A DNA stretch of 64,000 nucleotides from Octopus bimaculoides (GCF_001194135.2 NC_068981.1:99437319-99501318), one strand, 5' to 3'; positions 13,401-26,129 are shown, counted from the stretch's first letter. Translations and numbers: made by a program. Notes: generated from the sequence alone by a model not told the origin.

Positions 13401-14414
13401 GCATGCACACGTACAGTTATTTGCTGGAAAGTACCAAGTGCATCCATTATGCAAAGAAAAAGATAGAGAAATGATATCACAGAAAGTTTACCATGAGCCA
13501 CTGACAAGATCTGTGGAAAGAATGATATTAGGGAGCTAAATAAGATACATAATGACAGATATATCTTGTTGGGAACAAAACTGATAGCAGAACATTTACT
13601 AATGCTATATACCAGGAACATAGAAAGTGTGAAGAATTCATGCCTTTTATAATGCATTGTATCTGTATGAATCAAGCTAGCATTGAGAAGTGTACCTAAA
13701 TCAACACTGGTACACTTGGACCCCAAGGTTAAGAACAAGTCATGAAAAAGCTACAGAGAGAAGTTGGTGAATGAGGAATATAAGTGAGATAGTGTGAGCC
13801 TATCCCAAGTCTTTTGAAGATTCACTTTGATATTTAATTTTCAAAGTTTGAGGAAATAAATACCAGTAACATACAATTAATAGTTTACACAAAATTGATT
13901 TAAAACAACCTTTTGTGTTTGGTAAGTTTTAATGGATTGGTACAAGGCATTTAATGTTTCTTTTAAATCTCAGATGTTTCTTTTCTTATGTTGTTTGCAT
14001 AGTATTTTTATTCTTGAATTCAAAAAATGCATTGAAACTTAAGATAAATTATCAGAATACAATACTGAACTGACACTGTCTGGGTCATGAGTTCAACACT
14101 CTGTAGGTGATTCATTGTCTGAGTAGGTCATTTAATTTTACTAAGCTTCTTGCAGTTGAAAGTACAAGGCTTTTCTGAAAAGATTTTTCAAGTACAGGGT
14201 TTTTAATGAGGAAATCATTTGGAGATAAAGTCTCAAAGTAATCTTCAGTCTCACAAGACTTTGTTTCATGTGTCTGAAGGACAGGTTTTCATGTATTTTA
14301 ATGCTACAGAATCACCATAACAATCTTGTATTCTCAGGCAATAAATTACTTCAAGGGAGATAAGCTTTCCTAACACAACACTGAACATCGATATAGTTAT
14401 TTTCTCATACTTAC

Positions 14415-14450
14415 AATCTGTTGAATGAGATTAGGAAATTCTGTTATTCG
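14415..14450 (-). CDS. Candidate 36-nt internal exon (RITEFPNLIQQI)
   Basis: Acceptor tttatacag and donor gtaagt. Only the phase 0-0 frame is open, and it joins the 12233 exon in frame. Confidence 0.35.
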
Positions 14451-16052
14451 CTGTATAAATGTTTACATTTAAAAAAATAAAACAAGGAAAAAACCCCCAA
14501 TAAAACCACTCATTTGAAACAAAAAATTTTAAAACAAAATGTTTTATGACTTTTTTTTTATTATTATTAAAATGGCTATTAGATCAAATAATTTAACAGC
14601 GTAGATGTATATCATTATGCCCTCTTTAAATACTAAATGTAGAAATCATAAAATAATATCACATTTAAACATTTAATTATGAACATGTAATTGGTTAACA
14701 TTTAACACCACAAACTGTTTCAGGTGAGTAACACTGATCAGAGGTAAGTTCCAGAGGAGTTAATATTTATTGTAGCCATTTAATAACATTTCTGTCACTA
14801 ATATATCACTGAACATGAAAAGCAGCATTTCTCATTTCTTCTCTCATGAATGTTTGCTCATTTTATCCTTATGAGTTTGATCAAAGTAAATAGCATGAAG
14901 GGGAATGGGGTTGACTAACTTGCTTATAAAACACTCATTGTTGTTGTGTATCATATGCTTTTTGCAGTGTGTTGACACTACAATGAAAGTCTTCCTGATT
15001 AAGCATGAGTTCTACCATCGGATGAAGCCATAACATTATTTTATTCTGACTTTCTTATAGCGTTTTCTTGGTAGAAATATTGGGGTGGCTTGCCATTACT
15101 CTCTGCAACTAGATGACCATCAGCCAACAAAGAGCACCTCTATTCTTCAACAGGTGTTGTCTTTAGCTCGGCTGGGTGTCTAGACACCCTCCTCACAAGA
15201 GTAGCAAGATACTTAAGTGGGGGAGCTGGTTTAGTCACTGACTACTTAATCATGGAACAAGTAGTTCTGGTTTACATGGTACCAGTAGCAGCTTTTATCA
15301 GCCTGTGATGAGATCTCTGACCTGATTTTATTATAAAATATTACAGTAGCACAACATTATACTTTGGAAACTCAAGATGTTTTTGTCATCAATAATATCA
15401 AACAAGCCAAGAAAGCACCCAAATGATCACCAAATTACTATAATTAGAAGCTAAATCTCTCTCAAATCACAAGCCTAAACACACTGCCCAAAAATATTTT
15501 TTTTTAAATGGCTTTGACTTGAATATACATTTGATTAGAGGTTTGCTAGCCTGGAACTAAGCAATAATATCAACATGAACACTTTGACATAGTTTTCAGA
15601 AATGCAAGCTAAAACTCAGGTACATAAAGGACAACTTTGTTGTCATCAGAAAGATGTCAAGTTTTCAATGGAACAAATGAGCTCCATGCATGAATCATCT
15701 ATACAGCTTACTATGGAGAGGAAAATAATAACCAACTAACATTCTTTGATACACAGGTATAATACACAGGAGTAAATGTTAAAGCAACTATGCATTAAAA
15801 GCCAGCATCCACTAAATTTTACAATGAATTTCACCATAGCTACCATATTAAAAACGGTATTATTATTACATGTCTACATCATATAAACATTTCTCTAATC
15901 TAAAAGAGATGTTTATAAACAAGAAGTACATCATCTGAAAAGGAGATTCTTGAAAAATAGAGACCAACCATATTTTCTTACACTTATGCCCACTCATAAG
16001 TAATTCTAAAGCTATAATTTATTGTAAGCTTATATTATTGAAAAAATCTAAC

Positions 16053-16203
16053 CAAAAAGTGACAAAATAATCCTATGGTCAACACAATACCAGGATAGTG
16101 TTCAATAGTAGCACTATACCATTTAATTAAGTCACTGGGAGATGGAAGTATTGGAACATCCCATACACATTTAGTAGATTTACAAAAGGAAATAGGATGA
16201 CCC
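16053..16203 (-). CDS. Candidate 151-nt exon (GHPISFCKSTKC...GIVLTIGLFCHFL)
   Basis: Acceptor ctcattgtatttttag, open frame (ORF track 16035..16226), phase-0 donor gttaga. The donor was chosen to fit phase. Confidence 0.25.
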
Positions 16204-16870
16204 CTAAAAATACAATGAGAGAACACTGAAAATTTCTAATTAATGTCAAAACAATATGGTCAAGAATGGTAGAATATGTATGTTTTGAAAAATGTAAATT
16301 ATATGCTATAGTAGATAATTTTTTTGTTTTATAACCAAAGAACCATAATACAATTACCCATCATTAATTTCACCCTGTAGTGGTGATTCGGAACCTAACC
16401 ACTAGGTTACTGGTCAGACATGACTGAACCACAATAGTTTCACATGATCAATTAAGCAGCCAGTCAATCAGCATGATTTAATCTTTTAGAATATTCTTCT
16501 TGTACCCTATGAAAAGCTGTTGTCGTGTTAAGCTTGTTGCAGTATGTTGAGGCAGCTGAGCAATATGTGTCTCAATTCTTGCCACACAAAACAACCCCAC
16601 CAGACAGCCCAGTTAGTCGACCCAAGACAGATGGCCTAGATACATGAACATGAACATCCGTCACCACAAAGAGGGCACAAATGTTTTCAGATATGTTGGG
16701 CAAACTGCATGTTGCCTTACCAATAACTTGTAAATTCAGAGAGCAGTATTTCTCTCACAGTCTATACTCATTGATGTTGTTAACTGTAAAAGGCCAATGT
16801 AGTTTGTCTTTATGTATGACAATAAATTGTTCTGTGAAATGTTTGCAGGTGTTGTTCATTTCTTATGTAG

Positions 16871-17084
16871 GGGCTAAACTTAGAGGGGACAAACAAGAAC
16901 AGACAAAGGGATTAAGTCGATTACATCGACCCCAGTGCGTGACTGGTACTTATTTAATCGACCCCGAAAGGATGAAAGGCTAAGTCGACCTCGGCGGAAT
17001 TTGAACTCAGAACTTAAAGACAGACGAAATACCGCTAAGCATTTCGCCTGGCGTGCTAACGTTTCTGCCAACTTGAGACCTCCC
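16871..17084 (-). mobile_element. SINE family A, CpG-intact copy
   Basis: aagtcgacctcggcggaatttgaactcagaac...tttcgcctggcgtgctaacgtttctgcca, near-identical to 54043-54258. Confidence 0.88.
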
Positions 17085-19633
17085 TTTAGTGAAAAACAAA
17101 TTAAAATAAACGAACATGAAATAAATTGTACATGTGTAAGTGACCTAGATGATAAAAATGCGATTAAACTTAGTGCAGAAATAAGGTTCCAGTCAAACGG
17201 CAGAGTACAAATTGATTGAAATGTAGTTTTGGTGCAAATATTGAAACATTTTTCATCCCTAAACATAAAGTTAATAGTCTGAAAAAGTATTAACTTATTG
17301 AACATTCAACAGTCTGAAAAAATAAACCCAGTTACTACCAGTATCAAGTTGAAAAAATACTACATTATTCAAGATCATTTTCTAGATTAAGAATATTACA
17401 GATTCAAGATCTGAAACAAAATTTTCATCATGTAAATTATGTTGGTTTATGCCTCTGTGCATTCTAAAATAGGCTTCATTTAAAAAGTTACAAGGAAAGA
17501 AAGCCTCAGAGTTAGGGTTCAGTGTTAAGTTGGTGAAATTTAATTCTGGTGAATGTTTTAAATCAATACTTTGCCATTTTTAAAACGGTTTGTAAACATA
17601 GCAAACCGTGCTCTTATCTTTTGTCTTTTTTTAAAGTTTAATTACAATTTAGTGATCTCTTATTCCCACTGGTACTTTTTTCATTGTAATTCTTTAAATA
17701 AAACTTATTTTCGCATGCATATCGGAATTAGCTAACCTATTTCCTGTTTCAGAGCTTAAACTCTGGAATATCAATTAAGAAGATGAAGCTCAAACAGTAA
17801 AGTTAATAGCGATTGTATGAATTGAAAGCAACGATGTTACACGGATCTAAAACTAAAGGTACGTAACTTTTGTCTTTGGTTATCGCCCTTGTTTGAAATT
17901 TCTTGCCAGTCTCTTAGAACATTGACTTTGAGAATTAACTACACAGTTTTTTCAAAATTTTTTTTTTATTGATCTTTTATTTTTGTACCATTTAATATGC
18001 TGAGATAAGAACTCTAAAAATGTAAACTTCAGTTTTCATTTGATCCTCCTTGGCATCTTCAAGTTCATAGTGTCCAAATTATTTATTAATTCTGCACGAC
18101 TATTGAAAGTTTACAAGGTTTAATTTAGTAAATCTCACAAAAGAATACCATAGCTTGCTTTTGTTTGAAACTACCTCACTACTTGTTGACATCTCTCAAG
18201 CTATGCATGAAATATTGTACATAGTCTCTTATTCCACAGAATAGATGACTATGTACAATGTGTGCTTTGACAGAAGCTTTTCAAACTTTGTATTGTAACA
18301 GTTTGAAACTACTCAAATTTTAGTTATGTCCTACTTTCTTCTGTTTCAAAGGCCCCAATGGACAATGAGAAATACACTTTTTGTGTGTCATGGTTTTAAC
18401 AAATTTACAATTAAATTAAAATTAAAACTTAAATTCCATGGAATTGTTGTTTCTAGGTTTTAAGCATCATGTAATCATGACTTTATATATCATAGAATTC
18501 TGTGTCAATAAATTACCTACATTTTAAAATAGTTTACTCCTATTATTGATACCAAAAATTCATAGGAATATTTGAAACTGAAGAAATAATTGAGATCAAC
18601 CAAACTGATTCTATCATGCAAACATTGCCATCATCATTTAATGTCCATTTTCCATGCTTGCATGGGTTAGACAGGAGCTGACCAGCTGGAAAGCTGCCTG
18701 GGTTCCATGTCTGTTTTGGCATGGTTTTTAATGGCTGGATGCCCTTCTTAATGTTAACCACTTTATAGTGTGTACTGGATGCTTTTTACATGGTACCGAC
18801 ACCCATGAGCCCATAAGATTAAGAACACTCAGCTGAAGAAGGATGCAGGAGACATTTATATTATTGATTTTACATTGCCATGGGGTCACAAATTTATTGA
18901 AAAGGGATATAATTACCTGAGTATGATGTTCATGGAACAATGTATGGGATTGATTAGCTTCTACAAACAGTCTTAAAATCAGTTGCCTGAAATGACTGAT
19001 AAGTTAGTCATGGGTCATGAGTTCATATCCTACTGTTAGTGCTTTACAATGTGTCTGAATAAGACATTTAATTCCTTTTTATCTCCTACTTATCAAGCTG
19101 AGGTCAAAGACTTTTCCATTCTTCCCAAGCATCAAATCTGGAGAAAACTGTCTGCAATAATTGACATCATAGTTAATGTTGTATAAATCAGAATTAAGAG
19201 CCAGTATTTGTGAGAGGGTTAACTATATCAAACCAACTGACCATCTTCAAGTATGGAGACATAAATTTTCTACATACTTTATAAATAAATTACTAGTTGA
19301 GTTATGTTTACTAAATACATTTGCTGATGAAGATAATGAACAAAAAATTAAATGAAGCAATAATCCATGTGGCACCTTAATTCTTACTTAATTTACAGAA
19401 CAAATACATCCTCAACATAAACTTTTTATCTCTACACAGACAAGAGAAAAACAGACTAAGCTGAAGAAGCTAACCTTATTTTCAGCTCAAATTTAGTAAC
19501 AATAACTTTAGAAAAAAGATCTGAATAAGAAATTTTTTAAAAAGTTTGTGTAAATTTTAAGTAGAAGTATGCTTATATTTTGTCATACTCTGGGTGGCAG
19601 AGGTGTTTGTGAACTTAATACTCAGTTTAAGTA

Positions 19634-19842
19634 AGGTGGCAAACTGGCAGAATATTTAGCACACCGGACAAAATGCTTAGCAGCATTTTGCTCATCTTTA
19701 TGTTCTGAGCTCAAATTTTGCCAATGTCAATTTTGCCTTTCATCCTTTTGTGATCGATAAAATAAGTACCATTGAGCACTGGGCTAGATGCAACTGACTT
19801 ACTAACCAGAAACTGCTGGCCTTGTACTAAAATTTGAAATCA
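19634..19842 (+). mobile_element. SINE family A, CpG-decayed copy
   Basis: ggtggcaaactggcagaat...ttctgagctcaaatt...tttgcctttcatccttttg. Confidence 0.8.
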
Positions 19843-19989
19843 ATATTCAGTTTAAATCATTGAAATTCATTAAGAAAATTAAAATTTAGGTAGAAAGTGG
19901 GTTCCAGTGAAGAAGAAAGATTAAAATTATAGCTAATATCTTGTGGAGGAAACTAAGATAGGAGGATAGGTACATGCCGAGAACTTTGG

Positions 19990-20633
19990 ATAACTTTTGA
20001 GGGTCTCTGGCCTGGCAATGTTACTGAGGAGCCTCACCTGTTCAGGATAAGCTCACCAGACACGGCCAGCCCGGTCCTTCGGCCTGTCCAAGATGTGAGC
20101 AGGATAGGGAAACCGTCCTGCACGCTATGATTCAGTGTCCGGAAGTGTTGGAAGTGTGGACTTATGCAGAACACCTGTCGTTGGATTCAAGAAGAGTACA
20201 GCTGTCATCTGAGTCAATTTTAGAAATTGAACCGCCAGGTCTCCTCATGAAAGAAGGTAAGAATTGCTTTCTCATAGTAGTAGCAATTATGAAAGAGGTG
20301 ATATGGAAGCCGAGAATGAAAGGATTGGCAACAGGCAACTTCATCTCTGGTCTCGGGTTGGTGAGGTTCTTCACCATTCACCTGAAAAGGTAAGTGGGGC
20401 TGGAGAGAAGATGCCTGTCGGAGAGTATGTTCAAAGACAGATGGATGCATGTAGTACGGATGTTGTGCGTGAAAGACTCCTCATGAACATGTCATAAGTC
20501 TTAATGAAAGGTGCCGGTAGTAGAACAGCGCTTGTGGGGTCGGAGCTTAACCTGTTTTTACTACCTCATTGTGTGTTTGTAATTTTGTCTTTTATGTCGT
20601 ATTTCATTGTAACTGCATTTAGATTTTTGGAAA
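19990..20633 (+). mobile_element. 3' fragment of a Tx1/L1-clade LINE (zinc-knuckle C-terminus and 3' UTR)
   Basis: CPRCEQDRETVLHAMIQCPEVLEVW matches CxxC...ETxxHxxxxC, followed by KEVIWKPRMKG. Confidence 0.75.
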
Positions 20634-21166
20634 GACTTCGCCTGTCTCCCCCATTTTCTCCCAAATTTGTCTATTTTTGTAATTTCTTTTGCCAAAAATC
20701 CCCATTTTTGGATACAGAGGTTCCAGAAAATTGCCAAAAATTGGCATTGTGAAATCCCCCCCCACCAACTTCTTCAATTTTGACTTTTTTCCCCAACACT
20801 AACCCTAAAACCCTAACACCCTAATCCTAAAACCCTAAGNNNNNNNNNNTCGGAGCTTAACCTGTTTTTACTACCTCATTGTGTGTTTGTAATTTTGTCT
20901 TTTATGTCGTATTTCATTGTAACTGCATTTAGATTTTTGGAAATTTTTTTCAGAATCATAATCTCCGTATTTTTCCGCATATTTTGAAAAAAAAATTCTG
21001 ATAAAAGTCAAAAATGAAGGAAATGGGGGTGTGGGGGTGGTAATTTAAAGATGTCGATTTTTGCCAATTTTTTTTGCAGATTCGTATTCCCCGTAGCCGA
21101 AAAGTGGGGTCTGTGTCGAAAAAAAAAATTTTGGGGGTGGGAGGGGGGACGTGCGGAAGTCTTGCC
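20629..21166. mobile_element. Second copy of the TIR/(CCCTAA)-like element, interrupted by a 10-N gap
   Basis: Left ggaaagacttc and right ggaagtcttgcc. ctaaccctaaaaccctaacaccctaatcctaaaaccctaa at 20799-20838. Shares ttttgccaatttttttgcagattcgtattc with 7720-7750. Confidence 0.7.
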
Positions 21167-22036
21167 AAATTTTTAATTATACTCATCTGTGTGTCTGACA
21201 CCGATCAGACTGTGCTGTCCCCTCTATGTTAGCAATAAAGAAACAAACCAAGTAGCTTCTTTGTTGTTGTACATATGAGGTGGGAATACTAATATACGAG
21301 TTCCATCAATTTGTTTTCACTGTTCATTAAATAGTCATTATGGAATTTTTAATGATTCATTTCACACAATTTAACCTATATTTCCAAGATAATGACTTCT
21401 AATTAATATTATATGCCTTATTTGTTAACATAATCTAATAGTATCAAATAGTGTATATTTTTATTTTATTTTTCAATTTAACACACACACACACCATTGC
21501 TATAAGGCGGGAACAAGCAACCGATGTTTGAAGAAAGTAAGCAATGCAAAATAGTATTCGTTAATGAAAGTAAATCGATGGGAACCAAGTTCTTCAGTAC
21601 TAACTTTTTGTCAAAGAGCTTGGAATTGCTAAATTCTTCCATTCACCACAATATACCTTCCATGAAGCTATCTCGTTTCTCTTAGGTGGACTGATGGGAA
21701 CTGTGAATTCAAAGAATCTCTTCTGAGTGCTTTCATTCACATGAAAAATATCTCTCGAAACCATTTAGATCGAGGAAAATTAAGTATATTATTTTCAGCG
21801 GGAACTGTTAATTACTTCAAAATACTACACCAACTTTATACTAATTTCTGCAAGTCCTTCAGTAGTTATTGACGATGTTTATTTCTCGTCGCGATTCTTT
21901 GTTCCTTATGTTTTCACAGGTTGTTAGAGCAAGCAATAAATTTTGATTTCTGCTATGGTCATTGAGCAAAATGCACATTTAAAAAAATCCAATTTCCCTC
22001 CTCAATGGGGTTTATGAAACCTGTATAAATCTAACG

Positions 22037-22417
22037 GTGGCGGCGCAATGGCCCAGTGGTTAGGGCAGCGGACTCATAGGATTGCGGTTTCGATTCCCAG
22101 ACCGGGCGTTGTGAGTGTTTATTGAGCGAAAACACCTAAAGCTCCACGAAGCTCCGGCAGGGGATGGTGGCGAACCCTGCTGTACTCTTTCACCACAACT
22201 TTCTCTCTCTTTTCTTCCTGTTTCTGTTGTACCTGTATTTCAAAGGGCCAGCCTTGTCACACTGTTACGCTGAATATCCCCGAGAACTACGTTAAGGGTA
22301 CACGTATCTGTGGTGTGCTCATCCACTTGCATGTTAATTTCACGAGCAGGCTGTTCCGTTGGTCGGATCAACTGGAACACTCGACGTCGTAAGCGACGGA
22401 GTGCCAACAACAACAAC
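22037..22417 (+). mobile_element. Full-length tRNA-derived SINE, family B, ~550 bp upstream of the WRAP73 ATG
   Basis: Head ggcgcaatggcccagtggttagg...ggtttcgattccc resembles pol III A/B boxes. (CAA)n tail. TSD aaatctaacg at 22027-22036 and 22418-22427. Confidence 0.92.
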
Positions 22418-22964
22418 AAATCTAACGATATTTATCTCTAAACTCGCGCCCGGTGACATAAGACTCAAGTAGGATAACTCCCAACTGCATTACTTTGACA
22501 AGCCAGCGCGACTGGAGAGGCTCATGTTTAGACTTGAATTCTTCTGTTAGTGAATTCGACATTAATTCGATCTACATTATTTTAAAATACTCATGCCACC
22601 GTGAAAATGTATGTACACATTTCTAATTCTATCCCAAGACAGTTACGAAATATACCAATGCTTTACTGAAATACTCTATGAAGTGGATATCGCCTGAAGC
22701 ACAGACATTTTGGGTTTTTATTTGAAATCCTTTATATTTGAATATCAGCTTTCGGTAGAGATATATTTTGCAGATATCTGAGGAATTTCTTAGTATTTCT
22801 ACTTTGATATTTGTTGTTTTTCATTCTCAGAACAGAAATTTTCGTTGAAAACAAATACTTTAAGTTTTCTTTTTGTATTTGTTTACAAATCTCTAACTGT
22901 GATACTTTCGGATTTTATAAATGTATAATATTTGTTTCTAATCGACTAGTCCATATCTTCTAGC

Positions 22965-24311
22965 ATGAATTTCTCTGAACTCTATCGCCAGTCTAATCAA
23001 CTGTGCGAATTTTCACCGAACGGTGAATTCTTGGCTATTGGTAGCCATTACAAATTAATTATTCGCAATGTTATCACCTCACAAATTGAACATCTTTTCA
23101 CTTGCATGGATTTTATTCAATACATAGAATGGTCCCGTGATTCAAGTTTGATTCTCTGTGGCATGTTTAAACGAGGTCTTGTGCAGGTATGGTCCCTGAA
23201 ATATCTTGACTGGTCGTGCAAAATAGACGAAGGATCTGCTGGACTTCGAAATGTTCATTGGGGTCCAGATGGACTTCACATCTTAACCACTGCTGACTTC
23301 AACCTTCGTATAACTGTTTGGTCGCTCACCAACAAGAGTATATCATATATACGGTACCCCAAACAGTGCGAAAAGGGGTACGACTACAGTCAAGATGGCC
23401 TGTTCATGGCGCTGGCAGAACGCCGCGATTGTAGTGACTTTATAAGTATTTTTGCTTGCAAATCTTGGGAATTAATTAAACACTTTTCTTGTGCTACCGA
23501 TGACCTCAATGGTTTGAAATGGTCACCTAGTGCCAGAATTTTAGCTGTTTGGGACTCTTTACTCGTGTACAAAATTTTAATGTATTCTGCTGATGGTTAT
23601 CTTCTTCGAAAATATTCCCCCTATGAACATGCTTTGGGTATAAAATGTGTATCTTGGTCGCCAACGGGACAGTTTCTTGCTATCGGAAGCTTTGACGAAA
23701 AAGTTCGCTTGTTGAATAATATTTCGTGGAAGACATCGATGGAGAAGGGTCACCCACTGGTGGTAAAACCAGATAAAGTAACGATATATAAAGAAGAAGT
23801 TAGTATGGGCCCTTTACCGACATCTTTTGAGGAAATATCAAGTGCTATGGTGGCACTATGTTCTAAAGAAAGTAAGTATCATATTGTGAAAGAAGCCTTA
23901 GAAATTCCCAACATCAAGCCTTCTTTAAACAAGGCTAACCCTGAACTTGGAGTTAGCCAGGTTGAATTCAGCTGCAATTCTCGTTATTTCTACACCAAGA
24001 ATGACAATATGCCTTGTGTTTTATGGATATGGGATGTCAAAAACCTCTGTTTGTCTCACATTCTCGTTCATTTATCGCCTATTAAACATGTTCGTTGGGA
24101 TCCAACCTCCGTACGATTGGCTCTTTCTACAGGGAACAAGCAGTTATATATGTGGACTCCATCGGGTTGTTTGAGTGCAGAGATCCCCATAGATGCCATG
24201 TTTCAAGTGAACACCCTAAAATGGCATCCTGACGGTAGTGCATTAGTTTTGATTGGTAAAGAAAAGACGTGCATTTCTTATTTAACAGGAGAACAAACGG
24301 ATGATCAATGA
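22965..24311 (+). CDS. WRAP73: WD repeat-containing protein WRAP73 (WDR8), single coding exon, 448 aa
   Basis: The N-terminus MNFSELYRQSNQLCEFSPNG..., RGLVQVWSL, WSCKIDEGSAGL and HILTTADFNLRITVWSL match remembered WRAP73 sequence. The ORF is uninterrupted from ATG to TGA. Confidence 0.95.
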   Translation: MNFSELYRQSNQLCEFSPNGEFLAIGSHYKLIIRNVITSQIEHLFTCMDFIQYIEWSRDSSLILCGMFKRGLVQVWSLKYLDWSCKIDEGSAGLRNVHWGPDGLHILTTADFNLRITVWSLTNKSISYIRYPKQCEKGYDYSQDGLFMALAERRDCSDFISIFACKSWELIKHFSCATDDLNGLKWSPSARILAVWDSLLVYKILMYSADGYLLRKYSPYEHALGIKCVSWSPTGQFLAIGSFDEKVRLLNNISWKTSMEKGHPLVVKPDKVTIYKEEVSMGPLPTSFEEISSAMVALCSKESKYHIVKEALEIPNIKPSLNKANPELGVSQVEFSCNSRYFYTKNDNMPCVLWIWDVKNLCLSHILVHLSPIKHVRWDPTSVRLALSTGNKQLYMWTPSGCLSAEIPIDAMFQVNTLKWHPDGSALVLIGKEKTCISYLTGEQTDDQ

Positions 24312-25654
24312 CAACCAGTAAAGCATATCAGCTATCTTTTGTAAATTGTTTTCCTATCTATTTTTTATTTTTCACCCCCTCCCCCCTCATATGCAATATA
24401 ACCAAAACAAGCGAAAATTATCATGAATGAAAATGTGAAACAGTTTTTCTCTTTTTCATTTTAAAATTGATATTTGCAGAACTGAGAAAACTCCAGGAAA
24501 ATGAACATGTAATTGCCTTATTTTTAATAAGTAATATCTTTTGTAGCATGTTCTTGCTCTGAAATTAGAAACTTTCAGCTGCATTGATTTTGCTCATTTT
24601 TAATTTGAGCTTTTATATTTTTAAAAATTCAATTGTATCATAAACCCTTTCTTTTTTTTGTAACATTTTTATGACTGATTAAATTATTTTTTGGTAATAA
24701 TGTTTTATTTTGTCTATACATCAGAAAACTAATGCATAAATCATATGTATTAAATCTTTGTAACGCCCATTTTATCTTGTGTTGATTTATAATTCAGAGA
24801 ATGAGTCAACAAATAAGCTTCTACATGCTGCCAAATCTCTCTTATCTCACCATACCATCTTACAACTTTGATGACAGTTACTTGGTCAGGACTGACCTGG
24901 GGCTAAACAAAAAATTATTTTATTACTTTATTCATTAAACTGAGGTTATGACAAAGCATTTTCAAAGATTTCTTGATGACAACAATCTTAGTATGTATTT
25001 CAGCTTTTGAATTTCCAAGTTACATTTTTGTAAATCAGTGTTTTGAAATGCATATTCAACACACAAGCAAACATGCACATATACACACACTTGACATTTT
25101 TCTGTACAGTTTCTGTCTGTAAAAATTCCACTCATAAGGCATTGTTCAACTGAAAGCTTATAGTGAAATACTTGCCTGAGATGCTTCTCGGTAGACTCAA
25201 ACCCAGAACTACATGGTTGTGAACTACTTCACTACTAAAATCTTTAAATATTTCATATCTCAAAGTAGTATAATTTAACTGGGAGATAGATCACCACCAG
25301 AAATGTTGATGCAGCGTCTAGAAATATAGCTAAATATTGTTTTAATAATATATATGAGAGGTGTATGAAAAGTTTTGAGCCTTCAAGGCCTTTGAAGTCT
25401 TGTACTTTCATCAGAAGTTGTGTGCCATTTTTAAAAAATTTTTTTTTTTTTTTTAGGCTCAAGACTTTTACACCCCTTGCATATTGACATCTAATCATAT
25501 TCTCTCATGTTTGCCTGACTGCACAGAAAAAAAAAAAAACGCTCCACTCTTCAGAGTTGTCAAATAATTAGCATTTGGAAAGTCATTTAGCTCTACAAAT
25601 GATCATTTTAACAAACAATTCCTTTCATAAAGGCATTGAAAAATGAATGTGCAA

Positions 25655-25952
25655 AAAACTGTGACTTCTTTCTTTGGGGGTATGTGAAGAGTACAGTTTA
25701 TGTACCACCACTACCTGCAACTATGGAGGAGCTGAAAATTTCGATCACTGAAGCAGTTTTTATGGTAACTCCAGATATGCTACTGAGCATCTGCACCAAA
25801 CTGGACAATCACATCGATGTTTTCCAAGCAACCAGACGGGTCCACATTGAGTGCCTTTAATGCTACCCTCTACCACAGGAAACTGAATGAAATCCTGCAT
25901 CTGAAGCTGCTAACTGTGAAAGATTATTTGTCTTTTTGTGGACATCCTGTAC
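25655..25952 (+). mobile_element. Tc1/mariner-superfamily transposase C-terminal fragment with 3' TIR remnant
   Basis: CDFFLWGYVKSTVYVPPLPATMEELK...VTPDML...HIECL; ends ...tttttgtggacatcctgta. Confidence 0.8.
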
Positions 25953-26129
25953 ATCAAAACTGACAAATAAATCTGAAACTAATGTCTTCTACAATAGTCT
26001 TGGGAAATGAAAATTAGAGACATGTCACAAGATTATAAATATTTTGTACATATATGATCATCCTTGCAGACATTACTTGTCCATTTTGTCTTGTGAAGAC
26101 ATCTTCATTATCAATATTTGTTATACTCA

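Noticed and set aside
17380-17570. PAM2-like peptide LNPNSEAFFP in a minus-strand open frame
   Set aside because: There is an in-frame stop immediately upstream, with no start codon or good acceptor. It would need a 1-nt indel after ATGGCA, so a chance match is more likely.
20540-20943. Exact 94-bp direct repeat (20540-20633 = 20850-20943); also a 20-bp repeat around 57268
   Set aside because: Both flank 10-N gaps, so they are most likely contig-overlap or haplotype artefacts rather than real duplications.
19080-21780. Alternative spliced model linking the 21.5-21.8 kb ORFs with short minus-strand exons at 19.1 and 19.5 kb
   Set aside because: Phases can be made to fit in several incompatible ways and no homology was recognised, so the model is overfitted.
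22040-22105. tRNA gene (also 4310-4370)
   Set aside because: The tRNA-like head is attached to a SINE body, (CAA)n tail and TSD, and the anticodon/variable region looks partly deleted.
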